Below, piece by piece: positions 21,406-34,220 of a stretch of 64,000 nt of DNA. The notes beneath the pieces are model-generated. The model saw only the letters and a program-made list of their open reading frames with translations, made no database searches and had not been told where the DNA came from. Each line of letters begins with the position of its first letter. Position 1 is the stretch's first letter. Position numbers and translations under genes: made by a program. Source of the stretch: Takakia lepidozioides (taxonomy: Eukaryota > Plantae > Bryophyta); contig CM060732.1 of NCBI GenBank assembly GCA_030704615.1, forward strand, positions 75,826,001-75,890,000. The letters run 5' to 3'.

Positions 21406-22788
21406 TTCTAGCAATGACCGAAGGTCGGAAGCTAGTTTAGCGTAGAGCAGATATAGGGTGCCATAGTGCCTCGCCATCTTCGCCATGTCATCGTCACCGC
21501 GTCATCATCGCCAAGTCATCGTCGCCGCGTCATCATCACCACGTCATCGTCACCGCGTCATCATCGCCACATCATCGTCACCAGGTCATCGTCGTCAATA
21601 TTTTTGGGATATGCCCGGACTGCCCAAAATGTTTTATTGGTCGTAGCAGGCCCTCGGGACCTACCCGCACTGCCCGAAATGTTTATGAGCGAATGCAGCG
21701 GGAAAGTCTTGATGATCGCAGGGATTTCTCCATCCTGCAAATGTGGGCTCTAGGCTCCTGTTAGTACCATGATTTGGTATTCTTCCTGATGTTTACAAGG
21801 TTCTTGGGAGAGTCAGCTTGGTCTTAGCAGACCGTGTTTCAATCTCTGCCTGCTCAGCTGCACCGTGGTTGATCACTTGCTCAAGTGCTTGAATGAAGAG
21901 GTGGGATTCCTGAAGTAATAAGTGGACTTTCTTATGAAGTCTGCTTTTCTTCGAAATTTGAATTGCATCTGCCAAGGACACAATAATCTAATCACATAAG
22001 GAGGCAGCAGGCCCTTTGTCTGTCAGTAACAGTTGATGCAAATCTGAAATCTGGGTTATTGGATTACATAGGGCAAGAGAAAAAGAAATGTTCTGTCTCA
22101 ATTTCTAGCAGTGTGCAAACTTGATGAAACCCTCTCCTCACTCGTTGAGTAATATGAGTTGTCATGGCAGGCCACATATCTGTCACACATGTATATAAAC
22201 ATCAGGACTGCCTTATCAGCCTGTCCCCGATTCATCAGGATAAACTCAGGAGGTGGAATAGTAGCAGAATTGTGTTGAGAGTGTGTGGTTGAAGAGAAAA
22301 GAGCGTAGCCTCTCAAACAGCAGATGGTAAGCTTGTGTCAGCTAATCTGTATATTACAAAGTGCTCACTGGTAGACAGTGGTTGGCAAGACTTTCCTTCA
22401 TAAATACAATTAGTATGGGTGTTCCAGATATCATGTAGTAAGCCTTGCAAACCAAATGCAATTTTTATGCAACTTTGTTTTCAAAAAAGGAAAAGGGGGG
22501 GAAGCCCTTGAGAGCTTTATTGGGATTATTGATGGGGAAAAAATGTAATATATGTTTTAATAAAACTTGAACATTCACAATCCAAAATTGCAAATAAATA
22601 AATAAATAAATAAAATTGCATCATGCATCAGAACACAATGCAGTCCATCTTTTCATAAGACTTGAATAGACCCCATCAACAAATTAACAATTCATCCCGT
22701 GCCGTGGGGACCCATCCTATTTTTGTACCAATTGAATGTAGTTCTCAGAATCCGTCGCTAGTAGTGCGGAGCAACGCGAAGCCCTAGT
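21406..22788 (+). mobile_element. Non-autonomous Helentron/Helitron2-like element A (~1.4 kb)
   Basis: 5' end TT-CTAGCAATGACCGAAGGTCGGAAGCTAG hairpin followed by a CATCATCGTC-type microsatellite. 3' end CCGTCGCTAG-TAGTGCGGAGCAACGCGAAGCC-CTAG-TTT. Both ends match element B; T-rich insertion site, no TSD. Confidence 0.7.
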
Positions 22789-25700
22789 TTTTTTTTATAA
22801 CAATTCTAGCGACGACCTAAGGTCGAAAGCTAGTTTAGCGTAGAGCGGGAATAGGGTGCCTTAGTGCCACATCATCGTCGCCACATTTCGTAGACATGTC
22901 ATCGTAGCCATGTCAACGTCGTCGTCAAAAATTTTATATCTGCCTGGACTGCCCGCCCGAAAATCCCAAAGCGCCAAGTTTTTTCGGAACTTGCCCGGAT
23001 TGCCCGATTCTTGAAGTTCTTGAACTGCAGGAGCTCTGCGTTTTCCGCCATCGTTCACGTTGCAAGCTGCAAGCACTCAACAGTCTCGTTGCTCATTGCA
23101 AACCGTGGCTTTTCCCTCAACGATCTTTGATCACGTGGAATATAATGTTGGCAGGATTTACCGAGCATGGGATGCTTTGGAGACCTATGAGCAAATGATG
23201 CGCGAAGGGGTGAAACCCAACCACATCACGTAACCACATCACGTTTGTTTGTGTTTTTGCAATGCGTGTGCAAGCCTGAGAGCCCTGGAAAAGGGGAAAG
23301 AGGTCGAATTTTCGAGCACAAACGTCTACCTTGGAGCACGGAGCAGAGCTGGCATGAATTTTTTAAACATCCTTCACGATGGGGGGACAACCACAATCAC
23401 AAGGTGTGACTTTTGCTTAATGTACCATGTGAAGAAGTTTTTCCATCGTGTAGATGCTCAACGATCTTTGATCACGTGGAATATAATGTTGGTTGAACCC
23501 TCCTTGGGTGAAAGCGGAACTGGCGACCTTTATACCTTGTCAAACATATTCTGCTTATGATTCTACTGTTGATGTACACCTTGGCGCTCAATGTCAAGAA
23601 TCCAAAAGGTATTGTCTTTGTGATTTCCAACTAAAACAGATGGAATTGCTACAAAATGTTTTCAAAACATTTTTAAGAAACCTGCTCTAGAGATCATTCA
23701 TTTGAGTATTTGAGTATTTTGTCAGAGATTGGCGACAACAGTACTTTGGAGTCATGCAGGCTAGCAGGGTTGGATCAGGCTCAATTGTTTGTTGGACATC
23801 TGACTGAAAGAGGGGTAGGACCTTCACTATCACCACTGCTTTGGAAAGAGGACCAAGGGAGGAAGTTAACAAGGGCTTTCCGGGCACTTGTGGGTATGTA
23901 AGGACCCTGTGTAAGGCAGGACAATTGAAAGAGGCGCTGCACATTTTGCACCAACAAGGCATTGTGGCCAACTCAAATACTTATATCTGTCTCTTGCAGG
24001 AGTGCATCAACCTGAAAAAAACTAGAAGAGGGAAAGCAGGTGCATGCCCATATTATCCAAAGCCAACCATCTTTCTACTCAACAACGTTATCAACATGTA
24101 CATCAAGTGCGGGAGCCTGGTGGACGCACGCCAAGTATTCCATCAAATCATATATGGACGAAGATGATGGCAGGTTGTGTCAAGCATGGACATGTTGAGG
24201 AGGCTCTCAAAATCTATGAGCAATTGCGACACGAAGGCGTGACACCAAACAGGGTCACATTCATTTGCGTCCTCAATGGTTGTGCCAGCGTAGGAGCCCT
24301 GGAAAGGGGCAAAGAGGTTCATGCTGATATCCTTAAAGCTGAAATTGCATCTGAATCATTTTGGAGAATACCCTTGTTGACATGTATGGAGCATGAACGA
24401 TGCACATCAAGTGTTTGATAATACGGCTGAACGGAATGTGGTGTCATGGAGTGCGATCATTGCTGGATGTGCCCAGCATGGTCATGGTATTGAGGCCCTG
24501 CATCTCTTTGAATGCATGCAACAGTAGGGCATGCAGCCAAACAGTATCACTTTTATATCTCTTCTCTCTGTGTGTATTCATGTGGGCCTAGTGGATGAAG
24601 GCCTTCACTACGGTTGTCTGTCTAGACTTGCTTAAGTGCATCAAGATGAAAGGTCTGGAAGCTGGAAAGCAGGTGCACACTCACATTCTCCAAAGTGGAT
24701 TCACGCCAAGGATGCGAAGGGAGTTTTCAACACTATGGCTGAACAAGATGTTGTGTCGTGGCACGCGATGCACAACAGGGACGTGGGATGGTGGCTTTGG
24801 AGACCTATGATCAAATGATGGGGGAAGGGGTGAATCCAAACCACATCACGTTTGTGCGCATTTGCAAGCCTGGCAGCCCTGGAAAAGGGCAAAGAGGTGC
24901 ATGGTTGCATCGCGAAGCTGGAATTGTACCAGATGTCATTCTGAACAATACCCTCGTGGACATGTATGCCAAATGTAGAAGGCATTTCAGCAGATTCAGA
25001 TACGTTTGTCTGTCTCTTGCTTAAGTGCATCAAGATGAAAGGTCTGGAAGCTGGAAAGCAGGTGCACACTACATTATTCAAAGTGGATTTACGCCAAGTG
25101 TTTTTCTCCTCAACACCCTTGTCAACATGTCAAACCTGGGAGCTCTGGAAAAGGGGAAAGAGGTCCATGGTGACATTGTCAAAGCTGGAATTGTACCAGA
25201 TGTCATTCTGAACACTGCCTTGGTGGACATGTATGCCAAATGTGGGTGCATTAAGGTTGCGAAGGGAGTTTTCAACACTATGGCTGAACGAGATGTGGTG
25301 TCATGGAAGACGATGCTTGCAGGGTATGCACGACAAGGACGTGGTATGAAGGCTTTGGAGACCTATGATCAAATGATGGGGGAAGGGGTGAAGCCCGACC
25401 ACAACACATTTGTGTGCATTTGCAATGCGTGTGCAAGCCTAGCAGCTCGGGAAAAGGGCGAAGAGGTCCATGGCGACATTGTCAGAGCTGCAATTGTACC
25501 AAGTGTCCTTTTGAACAATATCCTCGTGGACATGTATGAAGCACTACAACAGATTGCGGCATTTACGACTCTGTGTTATGACTGCAAATGCAGTTATGAA
25601 AGCCATTTACGACTTCATGACTCTGCAGTCGTAAAACCTTAGTCAGTTGTGGCATGGCAGATATGACTCGCCAGCCTGGCTGTGACGTGGCGCCTGAGCA

Positions 25701-25972
25701 GCTGTGGGGGTAGTCATACACGCTGGCTTTACTGAATGACTGAACGGGTCCATGTCAGCCGATGTGTAAGAGAGACACGTGCTCTCTACAGAACACGCCA
25801 CGTGCCAGACTGCGACGCCATCCGACTGCAGAGGAGGGAATCAGACGTCAGCATGTGTCGCATCGTGATTTTGACACGTGGTTCCTCGTATCAATTGACA
25901 CGCGTCGCTGTGGGGGGGGGGGGGGGTTTGGGGATTTAATTTATTGTTATTACAATTACTATAATAATAATA

Positions 25973-26004
<32 letters not shown>

Positions 26005-27189
26005 TTTTGACCAACATGGGACAGTGGCACATTATTAAATAACGAATTTTTGAAATTATATTCTTAGATAAAATATTTATTCGCTCATATACCAAAACAC
26101 ACCCTTTCAGGGAAGGAAAGTTTGCCTTAGTGCCTATGCTGAATTGCGTCTGCTACTGTTACCTGTTTATGGATACTTTTTTATTGTCACTTTGGCAGTA
26201 TCATGTCAAAGTCACTCCAAACTATCTACCATCTACCCATGACCATCTACCCATGCAGGTTTCTTGTAGCTATCATTCCACAGGGAATCATCGGTAATCT
26301 GGAGCTTGAAATCCGGCTTTCTTGGATGATCTGGACCCACACTTCTATCCCTACTCCTTCAGCTATCCATGCCTCTGCACAAATCATGCATATATCCTTG
26401 CATTGCTGTTAGCAACTGACAATGACAGCCTACATTTGTTCCAGCAAACACCCAACTCAACTTACCACACTAGTTCATATTCTCAATTGCATTGCTGCTC
26501 TTTGTAATCCAACAGACATTTACCTTTTTGCCTCGGTTGTCCCACCATTGACTGGGGTCAGAAAAATATTCATTCCACAGCTTCCCCTCATCTCCGTTAA
26601 CTGTTTTTCGATACTTTCCTGTTGTCACATTGACAATATCATGTCAAAGTCACTCCAAACTAGATTCACTCAACCAGCTAATTTGCAGACATTGAAATTT
26701 AGGGCCGGTTCTGATAAGAGGGAAAAACAGGGTGAAATGTGTTGAAGAAGGTGCGTTTATTAGCAGTGCTTGATTTTATCAATTGTGCCGCTACTCCTGC
26801 GGCTTCCAGTTCACCATCTACCCATGCAGGTTTCTTGTAGCTAAATCCACAGGTAATCATAGGTAATCATGTGCTTGAAATCTGGCCCTCTTGGATGAAT
26901 CTGGACCCATACTCTATCCCTGCTCTTTCAGCTATCACTGCTTCTGCACAAATCATGCATACTTCCTTGCCTTGCAGCTGATAATGACAACCTAGATTTG
27001 TTCTAGGAAACAACCAACTCAGCTTATCACACTAGTTCCTATGTTGAATTGCGTCTGCCCTCTATAATCTAATAGGCATTAACCTTTTTCCCTCGGTTGT
27101 CCCACCATTCCACAACTTCTCCTCATCTCTGTGACCTGTTTCTGGATACTTTCTTGTTGTCACATTGGCATCATGTCAAAGTTCAGATC

Positions 27190-28195
27190 GACATCTAGTA
27201 CAATTCCAGCTTGGACGATGTTACCACGAACCTCTTTGCTATTTTGCAGGGCTGCCAGGCTTGCACACATGTTGCAAATGTAACAAACGCGATGTGGTTG
27301 CGCTGCAGTATCCCTTCCCACACCACTTGCTCATAGACCTCTCCAAAGGGCCTCCATGCCGCGCCGCTGTTGTGCATATCCTAGGATCATCATCCTCCAT
27401 GCACCCCAATTTGGCATACAAGTCCACAAAGATATAGTTCAGAACAACATTTGTTTAATTTCAGCTTGGACGATGTCATCACAAACCCCGTCTTCACTCA
27501 TTGCCTACTCTAGTTAAGTGCAATTATGGGCTAGGCTGGTACTACATCTCATTCAGCCATATTATCAAAACAGCCATGTATCCTTGTAGTTGCATCCTGC
27601 AACCTTGGCATACATGTCCACTACGACAACATTCAGAATCACATCAGATACAATACCAGCTTTGACAATATCACCGTGGACCTTTGTACCCTTTTTCAGG
27701 GCTGCCATGCGTGCATTTGACATACATATCCACCTAGGCAGTGTTTAAAGTGACATCTAGTGGTACAATTCCAGATTTGATAATGGACCTTTGCGTCCTT
27801 TCCAGGGCTACCAGGCTCGCATTTGACATACATGTACACCAGGGGAATGTTCAGAATGATATCAGGTACAATTCCAGCTTTGATGATGTCACCATGAACC
27901 TCTTGGCCCCTTCCCAGGGCTGTTAGGCTCGCATATGCATATTAACAACACAAATGACATGACTGGTTTGGCTTCATCCTTTCCCACATCATTTGTTCTT
28001 AGGTTTCCAAAGCCTTACTCCCACACCTATGCTACACACACTTACAATCATGGCAGTCCACAACACCAACATCTCATTTAGCCATGTTGTCGAACTCTCT
28101 CCTTTGCATCAGGCTTGCTGCACACCACATTTGGCATACATGTCCACTAGGCAGTCGAATGACAACTAGTACGATTTCAGCTTTGACGATGGCAC
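27190..28195 (-). pseudogene. Captured, decayed PLS-PPR fragments inside CACTA copy 1
   Basis: Minus-strand remnants such as VDLYAKLGCMED, KAEIVLVVI...DMYAKCG, and (on the + strand) TGGCATACATGTCCAC repeats. Confidence 0.8.
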
Positions 28196-28529
28196 ATGGC
28201 CTAAAACACGGCCTGCTAAGACCAAGCTTACTCTCCCAAGAACCTTGAAATATCAGGAAGAATACCAAATCATGGTACTAACAAGAGCCAACAGCCCACA
28301 TTTGCAGGATGGACAAACTTCTTCACATCGTACATTAAGGAAAAGCCACACCTTGCCATTGCGGTTGTCGCACCATCGTGAAGGATCTTTAGGAATCTCA
28401 TGCCAACTCTGCTCCGTGCTGCAAATGAAGGGCCGAGTATGATGAGAGGGCAAAACAGGCTGAAATAGGTGCCCTCACCACATTGTCCTCGACCTTGTGT
28501 CATGACCCATGGAGGATTTACTCTTTTAT

Positions 28530-28960
28530 TACAGGAAAGCAGTTCAATTCCCTCGATTCATATCCTCCATATTGTCTCAAAAGCATGTTGGTTTTTGAAC
28601 AAATACACTGTCAAACAAGAGTTTTATGTTGAAATACTCTTTTGTTATGGCCAAACAATTCAAATCCCTCAGTTCATATCCCTCCAAAAACACTTTTATA
28701 CAAGAGTTCCGTGTTGAGGAAATAATGCAGATTTTCGAACAAAATCCCTGTCAAACAAGAGTATTGTGTTGAAAAACTCTTGTGCTAAGGCAAAGGAGTT
28801 CAAATCCCTTAGTTCATATCCCTCCATATTGTTTCAAAAGCCTGGAGGGTTTTCTAACAAATATGACAAGTGTTTCGTGTTGAGAAACTCTTTTGTCACG
28901 GCAAAAAGTTCAAATCTCTCAGTTCATATCTCTCCAAATTTGTTCAAGAGGATGAAGTTT
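28530..28960. repeat. Imperfect tandem repeat inside CACTA copy 1
   Basis: About four copies of TTCAAATCCCTCAGTTCATATC(C)CTCCA, each with a TGTTGAAA..CTCTT motif. Confidence 0.7.
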
Positions 28961-29639
28961 TATCATTGTCCGACTAGAGTTTGACTGACCATGAACCCAA
29001 GAGGACCTCTTCAGTGTGCTGCTTGTTTCTGTAGTCAGGTAATGTCGGATTGGTCAGTGAGAACCACCACGGTGCAGCTGAGTGGGCAGAGATTGAAACA
29101 CGGCCTGCTAAGACCAAGCTAACTCGAACCTTGTAAACATCAGGAAGAATACCAAATCATGGTACTAACAGGAGCCAACAACCCACATTTGCAGGATGGA
29201 CAAACTTCTTCACATCGTACATTAAGAAAAAGCCACACCTTGCGATTGCGGTTGTCCCACCATCGTGAAGGATCTTTTAGAAACTCATGCCAGCTCTGCT
29301 CCGTGCTGTAAAATCAGGGCCGAGCGGGTAGAGATTGAAACACGGTCTGCTAAGACGAAGCTGACTCTCCCAAGAACGGCAGGCTCCCAGCCGAAACCTC
29401 CTCGCACACATACCCTAGCGTTTCTAGGGTTGCTTGCTCCAAATGCGAAGGTTGATCCAACTGCGGGCCTCCCATGCATGTTTGCCCTCTCTCCCGCTCG
29501 CTCGCTCCAAGTCCCAACCCTCTCTCTCTCTTCCCTCCCGCTCGCTCTAATCTGTTCACGCTACCGTGATGGGCAACTTTTTAAGTTTTTTAATCTTTTT
29601 GTAAACCCTAAAAGTCCCTCTTTGATTTTTTTTCTTTTT

Positions 29640-29830
29640 TTTTTTTTCTTAAAGGAAACCACATGCCCTTGAGGAGGGGGGAAAATTCACCCGCCTTCAT
29701 TTATGGGCCATAAGACGTACAGGACGATCAACGCCCAGACATACCGTCACGAACAATCCCACACACGGGATAAGGCAGCAGGTTTGAACCCCAAACCACC
29801 GGGGCGACACACTGTGCACTTACCAGCCGA
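29640..29830 (-). mobile_element. 5'-truncated tRNA-derived SINE inside CACTA copy 1
   Basis: Reverse copy of the SINE at 34221-34445, with B box GGTTCAAACC and a poly-T run on +. Confidence 0.75.
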
Positions 29831-32789
29831 TGTGTGTGTTTTTTTTTAAAAAATTGCATTTAAAAAAAAATGATTCTAGTGGTCAGAGTCTCCATTTTTT
29901 CAAAATATAAATACTCATATATTATATATATAACCAGAAAAGCATGTGTCGACATGTGCAGTCATGTAGTGATTTATCCATGTGATGATCTGGCAGAATG
30001 CATTAGAGTGAGAGTCATGAAGTCATATGTCTTTCTAGCAATATACACACGTCATTCCAGTGTAGCCATGACCGTGACTGGTAGTCATATCTGCCATGCC
30101 AATATTCGTGGTCAAACATATTTGACTTGTGTTGCGCAGAGTCCGGAGCCATGCAGTCGCATATACGCCTTCCCCAGACCTGCATTATGACTTCAAAAAC
30201 ATTTTACGACTGCAAATGGCATTTCTGCCACAAATCTGTCATGACTGCGCACCCATGGGAGTCATAAAAGCCGCAATCTGTTGTAGTGAAGGGAGTGTTC
30301 GACAGTATGGTTGAATGAGATGTGGTGTCGTGGAGTGCGATGATTGCAGGATATGCACAGCAAGGGCATGGGATGGAGGCTTTGGAGACCTCTTAGCAAA
30401 TGATGTGCGAAGGGGTGAAGCCCAACCGCATAATGTTTGTTTGCATTGGCAATGCGTGTGCAAGACTGGCAGCCCTGGAAAGGTACAAAGAGGTCCATGG
30501 TGACATCGTCAAATCTGGAATTGTACCCGATGTCATTATGGACACTGTGAGTGCATCGAGGATGCAAATGGAGTGTTCGACAGTATGGCTGAATGAGATG
30601 TGGTGTCGTGGAGTGCGATGATTGCAGGATATGCACAGCAAGGATGCGGGATGGAGGCTTATGAGCAATTGATGTGCGAAGGGGTGAAGCCCAACCGCAA
30701 CACATTTGTTTGTGTTTGCAATGCGTGTGCAAGCCTAGGAGCCTGGAAAAGGGGAAAGAGGTCCATGGTGACATCGTCAAAGCTGGATTTGTACCAGATG
30801 TCATCCTGAACACTGTCCTGGTGGACATGTATGCCAAATGTGGGTGCATGAAGGATGCGAAGGGAGTTTTCAAATGGCTGAACAAGATGTGGTGTCGTGG
30901 AACGCGATGCTTCCAGGGTATGCACAGCAGGGGCGTGGGATGGAGGCTTTGGAGACCTATGAGCAAATGATGGGGGAAGGGGTGAAGCCCGACCACATCA
31001 CGCTTGTGTGCGTTTGCAATGCGTGTGCAAGCCTGGCAGCCCTAGAAAAGGGCAAAGAGGTGCATGGTTGCATCGCCAAAGCTGGAACTGTACCAGGTGT
31101 GATCCTGAACACTGCCCTGGTGGACATGTATGCCAAATGTGGGAGCATTGAGGATGCAGAGGGAGTGTTCAACAATATGACTGAACGAGATTTATTGTCG
31201 TGGAACGTGATGCTTGCAGGATATGCACAGCAGGACGTGGGATGGAGGACTTGGAGACCTATGAGCAAATGATGGGGGAAGGAGTGAAGCGCGACCACAT
31301 CATGTTTGTGTGCGTTTGCAGTGCGTGTGCAAGCCTGGCAGCCCTGGAAAAAGGCAAAGAGGAGCATGGTTGCATCGCCAAAGCTGGAATTGTACCAGAT
31401 GTGATTCTGGACAATAGCCTCGTGGACATGTATGCCAAATGTGGGAGCATTGAGGATGCGGAGGGAGTGTTCAACAATATGGCTGAACGAGATTTGGTGT
31501 CATGGAACGCCATGCTGGCAGGATATGCACAGCAGGGCGTGGGATGGAGGACTTGGAGACCTATGAGCAAATGATGGCGGAAGGGGTGAAGCGCAACAAC
31601 ATCAAGTTTGTGTGCGTTTGCAGTGCTTGTGCAAGCCTGGCAGCCCTGGAAAAGGGTGAAGAGGTGCATGGTGACATCCCCAAAGTTGGAATTGTATCAA
31701 CCGTCATTCTAGACACTGCCCTGGTGGACATGTATGCGAAATGTGGGTGCATTGAGGATGCAAAGGGAGTATTTGACAATGTAACTGAACGAAATGTGGT
31801 GTCGTGGAATGCGATGATCGCAGGATCCCCAACATGGTTGTCATAGGGAGGTCCTGCAACTATTTGAAGGAATGTAAAAGAACGGCTTGAAGCCGGACAG
31901 TATCACCTTTATCTGTGTTCTATCTGCATGTAGCCACACTGGCCTACTGAATGAAGGAAGACGCTACTTTCATTCCCTGAGTCAAGATCATGGTGTTACT
32001 CCGACAGTAAAGCACTTTGGCTGCATGATGGACCTTCTTGGATGTGCGGGACAACTGGATGAGGCAGTGGACCTGATTAATAAAATGCCAATCAATCCAT
32101 AGGTTGTGGTGCGGAAGGCCTTGCTTGGTGCCTGCAGAATCCATGGCAATGTGGAGATGGCTAAACTTGCAGCAACATCTATCCTCAAGTGGGATGAACA
32201 GGATGCCGCGACCTATGTGTTGCTATCAAACATCTATGCTGCAGCTGGCAGGTGGGATGATACTGCAAAGGTGAGAAAAATGATGAAGGTTAGAGGGGTT
32301 AGAAAGGAGCCAGGTCGCTTCGGCATTGAGGTTGGCAACAGGGTGCACACCTTCGTTGTAGATGACAAGTTGCATCCCAAAATTAAGGAAATCCATGTTG
32401 ACCTGAGAAGATTGTCTGGGCAGATGAAGGAGGTGGGGTATGTGCCTGATACACGCTTTGTATTGCATGATGTGGGGGAGGAGGAAAAGAAATTTTCTCT
32501 TTGCCACCACAGCGAGAAGCTGGCCATTGGGTTTTGGGTTGATCAGCACAACCCCTACGATGCCTCCTCCTCCACTGAATTTACAATTGCCATCAAACAT
32601 CTATGCTGCAGCTGGCAGGTGGGATCCATCTGAGCAGCAAAATGTTCTCTCTGCATTTTACTAGCGCCTAACAACAAGCTGTATGTCCCATCACATTTCA
32701 CATGAGCTTGTTCTTCTTTGTACACCAATTTGACACATAGAATAGTTTATATAACTACCTGTTATGTGCTACCTCTCTTTCTCAAAAAG

Positions 32790-33320
32790 ATGCAGAGAGG
32801 AAAGGGAGATTGTCAATGCCTAATGTGAGGGTGGCCTGAAGACAATATCCATTTTCTGCTACAATGTCCGGGGGTATTCTCATCAGGCTGAGCCTGAAGC
32901 ACTGACCCTCTCTGAACTTGTTTCCAGTCTGTGACATAGGAGAGGCCATCATGGATAACCTCAAGGGTTTATCCACCCTCGGCACTAGACTGAAATCTAA
33001 ACTCGGGGCAGGAAGCCTACCTTTGAACAACAAACAGATGCAGTGAGGAAAGAGGGATTGCAATTACCCATTGTGTGGGCAACCTGAAGACACAGGGATA
33101 GCATTGTGGCCGTGCCCCCAGTCTGGGCGGAACAAGAGCAAACCTTTGTGAGGGGCTCACTCCAGTAGCAATATCCATCAACATGACTCGAATATTCATC
33201 AATGTGAGTAATACGAGCACACTTAAAACGGAAGTTGGGGGCTTAGGAAATAAGGTCTGCGTCACTGATAATGCTGCCTTGTCTGTACTTCTTAGTTCTT
33301 ACGGATCAAAGTCCTTCAGA
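32790..33320 (-). mobile_element. LINE C-terminal fragment, same family as 58600-59030
   Basis: DNA similar to 58700-59000, encoding a decayed TLGTRL.FRLGAGSLPLN segment. Confidence 0.65.
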
Positions 33321-34220
33321 CCAGTTTAATCTAGGAAGATAGTAGCAGAAACCGGATAAAGAACCTGTATGGTAGTTTAGAGCAACTCTTACTTTGTGTA
33401 ATTATGAAAAGAACATTATGAAGGCCAGGCTTGAGATCCTAGTAACGAATGAAGAAAGAAAGTAAGTGGGTCTCTTTTGAACATGTTCATGAAAGCTCAT
33501 AGAACAAACTACCTTCGAAGAGAAATATCCATATCCACATCGGTACTTTTTATCAACACAGATTTTGTTCAAAACAATAATATTTGTCACTGAGTTTATG
33601 TAGGCAACTATTTTTTTAAAGAATGTATCTTTGAATATACGGTCGTTATCTATTATATCAAAATGCTAATGTCCACCGTAAACAATAAAAACTTGGGCAT
33701 GTGTATAACTTGGAAAAACAAACTGTTAATGCGGAGAGGCAGACAAAATAAACGATGTACTCCGGAACAAACATGCATTAAATAAAAGACCACCAAGATT
33801 TTTCAGGAAACCGTGGCATTAAATAAAAGTCCAAACTATTTGAAATCTACACCAATTGCAAATAAAAGATGAAAAAAGATATCATATAAACAACATTCAT
33901 AATCCAAATCCAAATCTGCTTGTTGTATCAAAATGAGCCACAATCATTACACCGGTCAAATGAATCTTGAAATGAAATAGAGAGAAAAAAATACAGAAAA
34001 ATACAGAAATACAGAAAAGGGGTTCCACTCCCCCACACTTCGTGGGCATAGATAGAGGTAGCTGCATCAAACAATGAAATACAGAGATGTGAACAGAGAT
34101 GTAAGACCATGGGATGACCCCCCCTTTTTATACCAATTGAACGCAGTTCTCAGAATTCGTCGCTAGTAGTGCGGAGCAACGCGAAGCCCTAGTTATTAAG
34201 AAAGAAAAGCCAAGCACATT

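Larger units (their letters stand above)
25542..30288. mobile_element. Non-autonomous CACTA (Pack-CACTA) copy 1, 4747 bp
   Basis: Perfect 19-bp TIR CACTACAACAGATTGCGGC...GCCGCAATCTGTTGTAGTG; 3-bp TSD AAG (25539-25541 and 30289-30291); ATGAC/GTCAT subterminal repeats; no transposase seen. Confidence 0.95.
23115..32570 (+). pseudogene. Degenerate PLS-class PPR-E-DYW (PG-box type) RNA editing factor, split by a CACTA insertion, DYW domain truncated
   Basis: N-terminal LCKAGQLKEALHIL; PLS triplets ([43 protein letters not shown]...GVKPDHIT); P2L2S2/E (KPDSITFICVLSACSHTGL, YVLLSNIYAAAGRWD); KEPG..IEV; GYVPDTRFVLHDV...HHSEKLAI. Many frameshifts and stops; no CxxC or DYW end. Confidence 0.92.
22804..34193 (+). 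mobile_element. Non-autonomous Helentron/Helitron2-like element B (~11.4 kb) with PPR-DYW cargo
   Basis: The 5' hairpin CTAGCGACGACCTAAGGTCGAAAGCTAG (22806-22833) contains CTAGCGACGA. Its inverted partner TCGTCGCTAG lies subterminally at 34157-34166, followed by GCGGAGCAACGCGAAGCCCTAG-TT. About 65 bp at each end is nearly identical to element A. Confidence 0.7.

Noticed and set aside
23115-32570. Stops in the PPR pseudogene repaired by U-to-C editing, or a U-to-C (KP-type) DYW domain
   Set aside because: This is a nuclear locus with many frameshifts, and the DYW parts show PG-box, HSE/HNE and EYW features of the C-to-U type.
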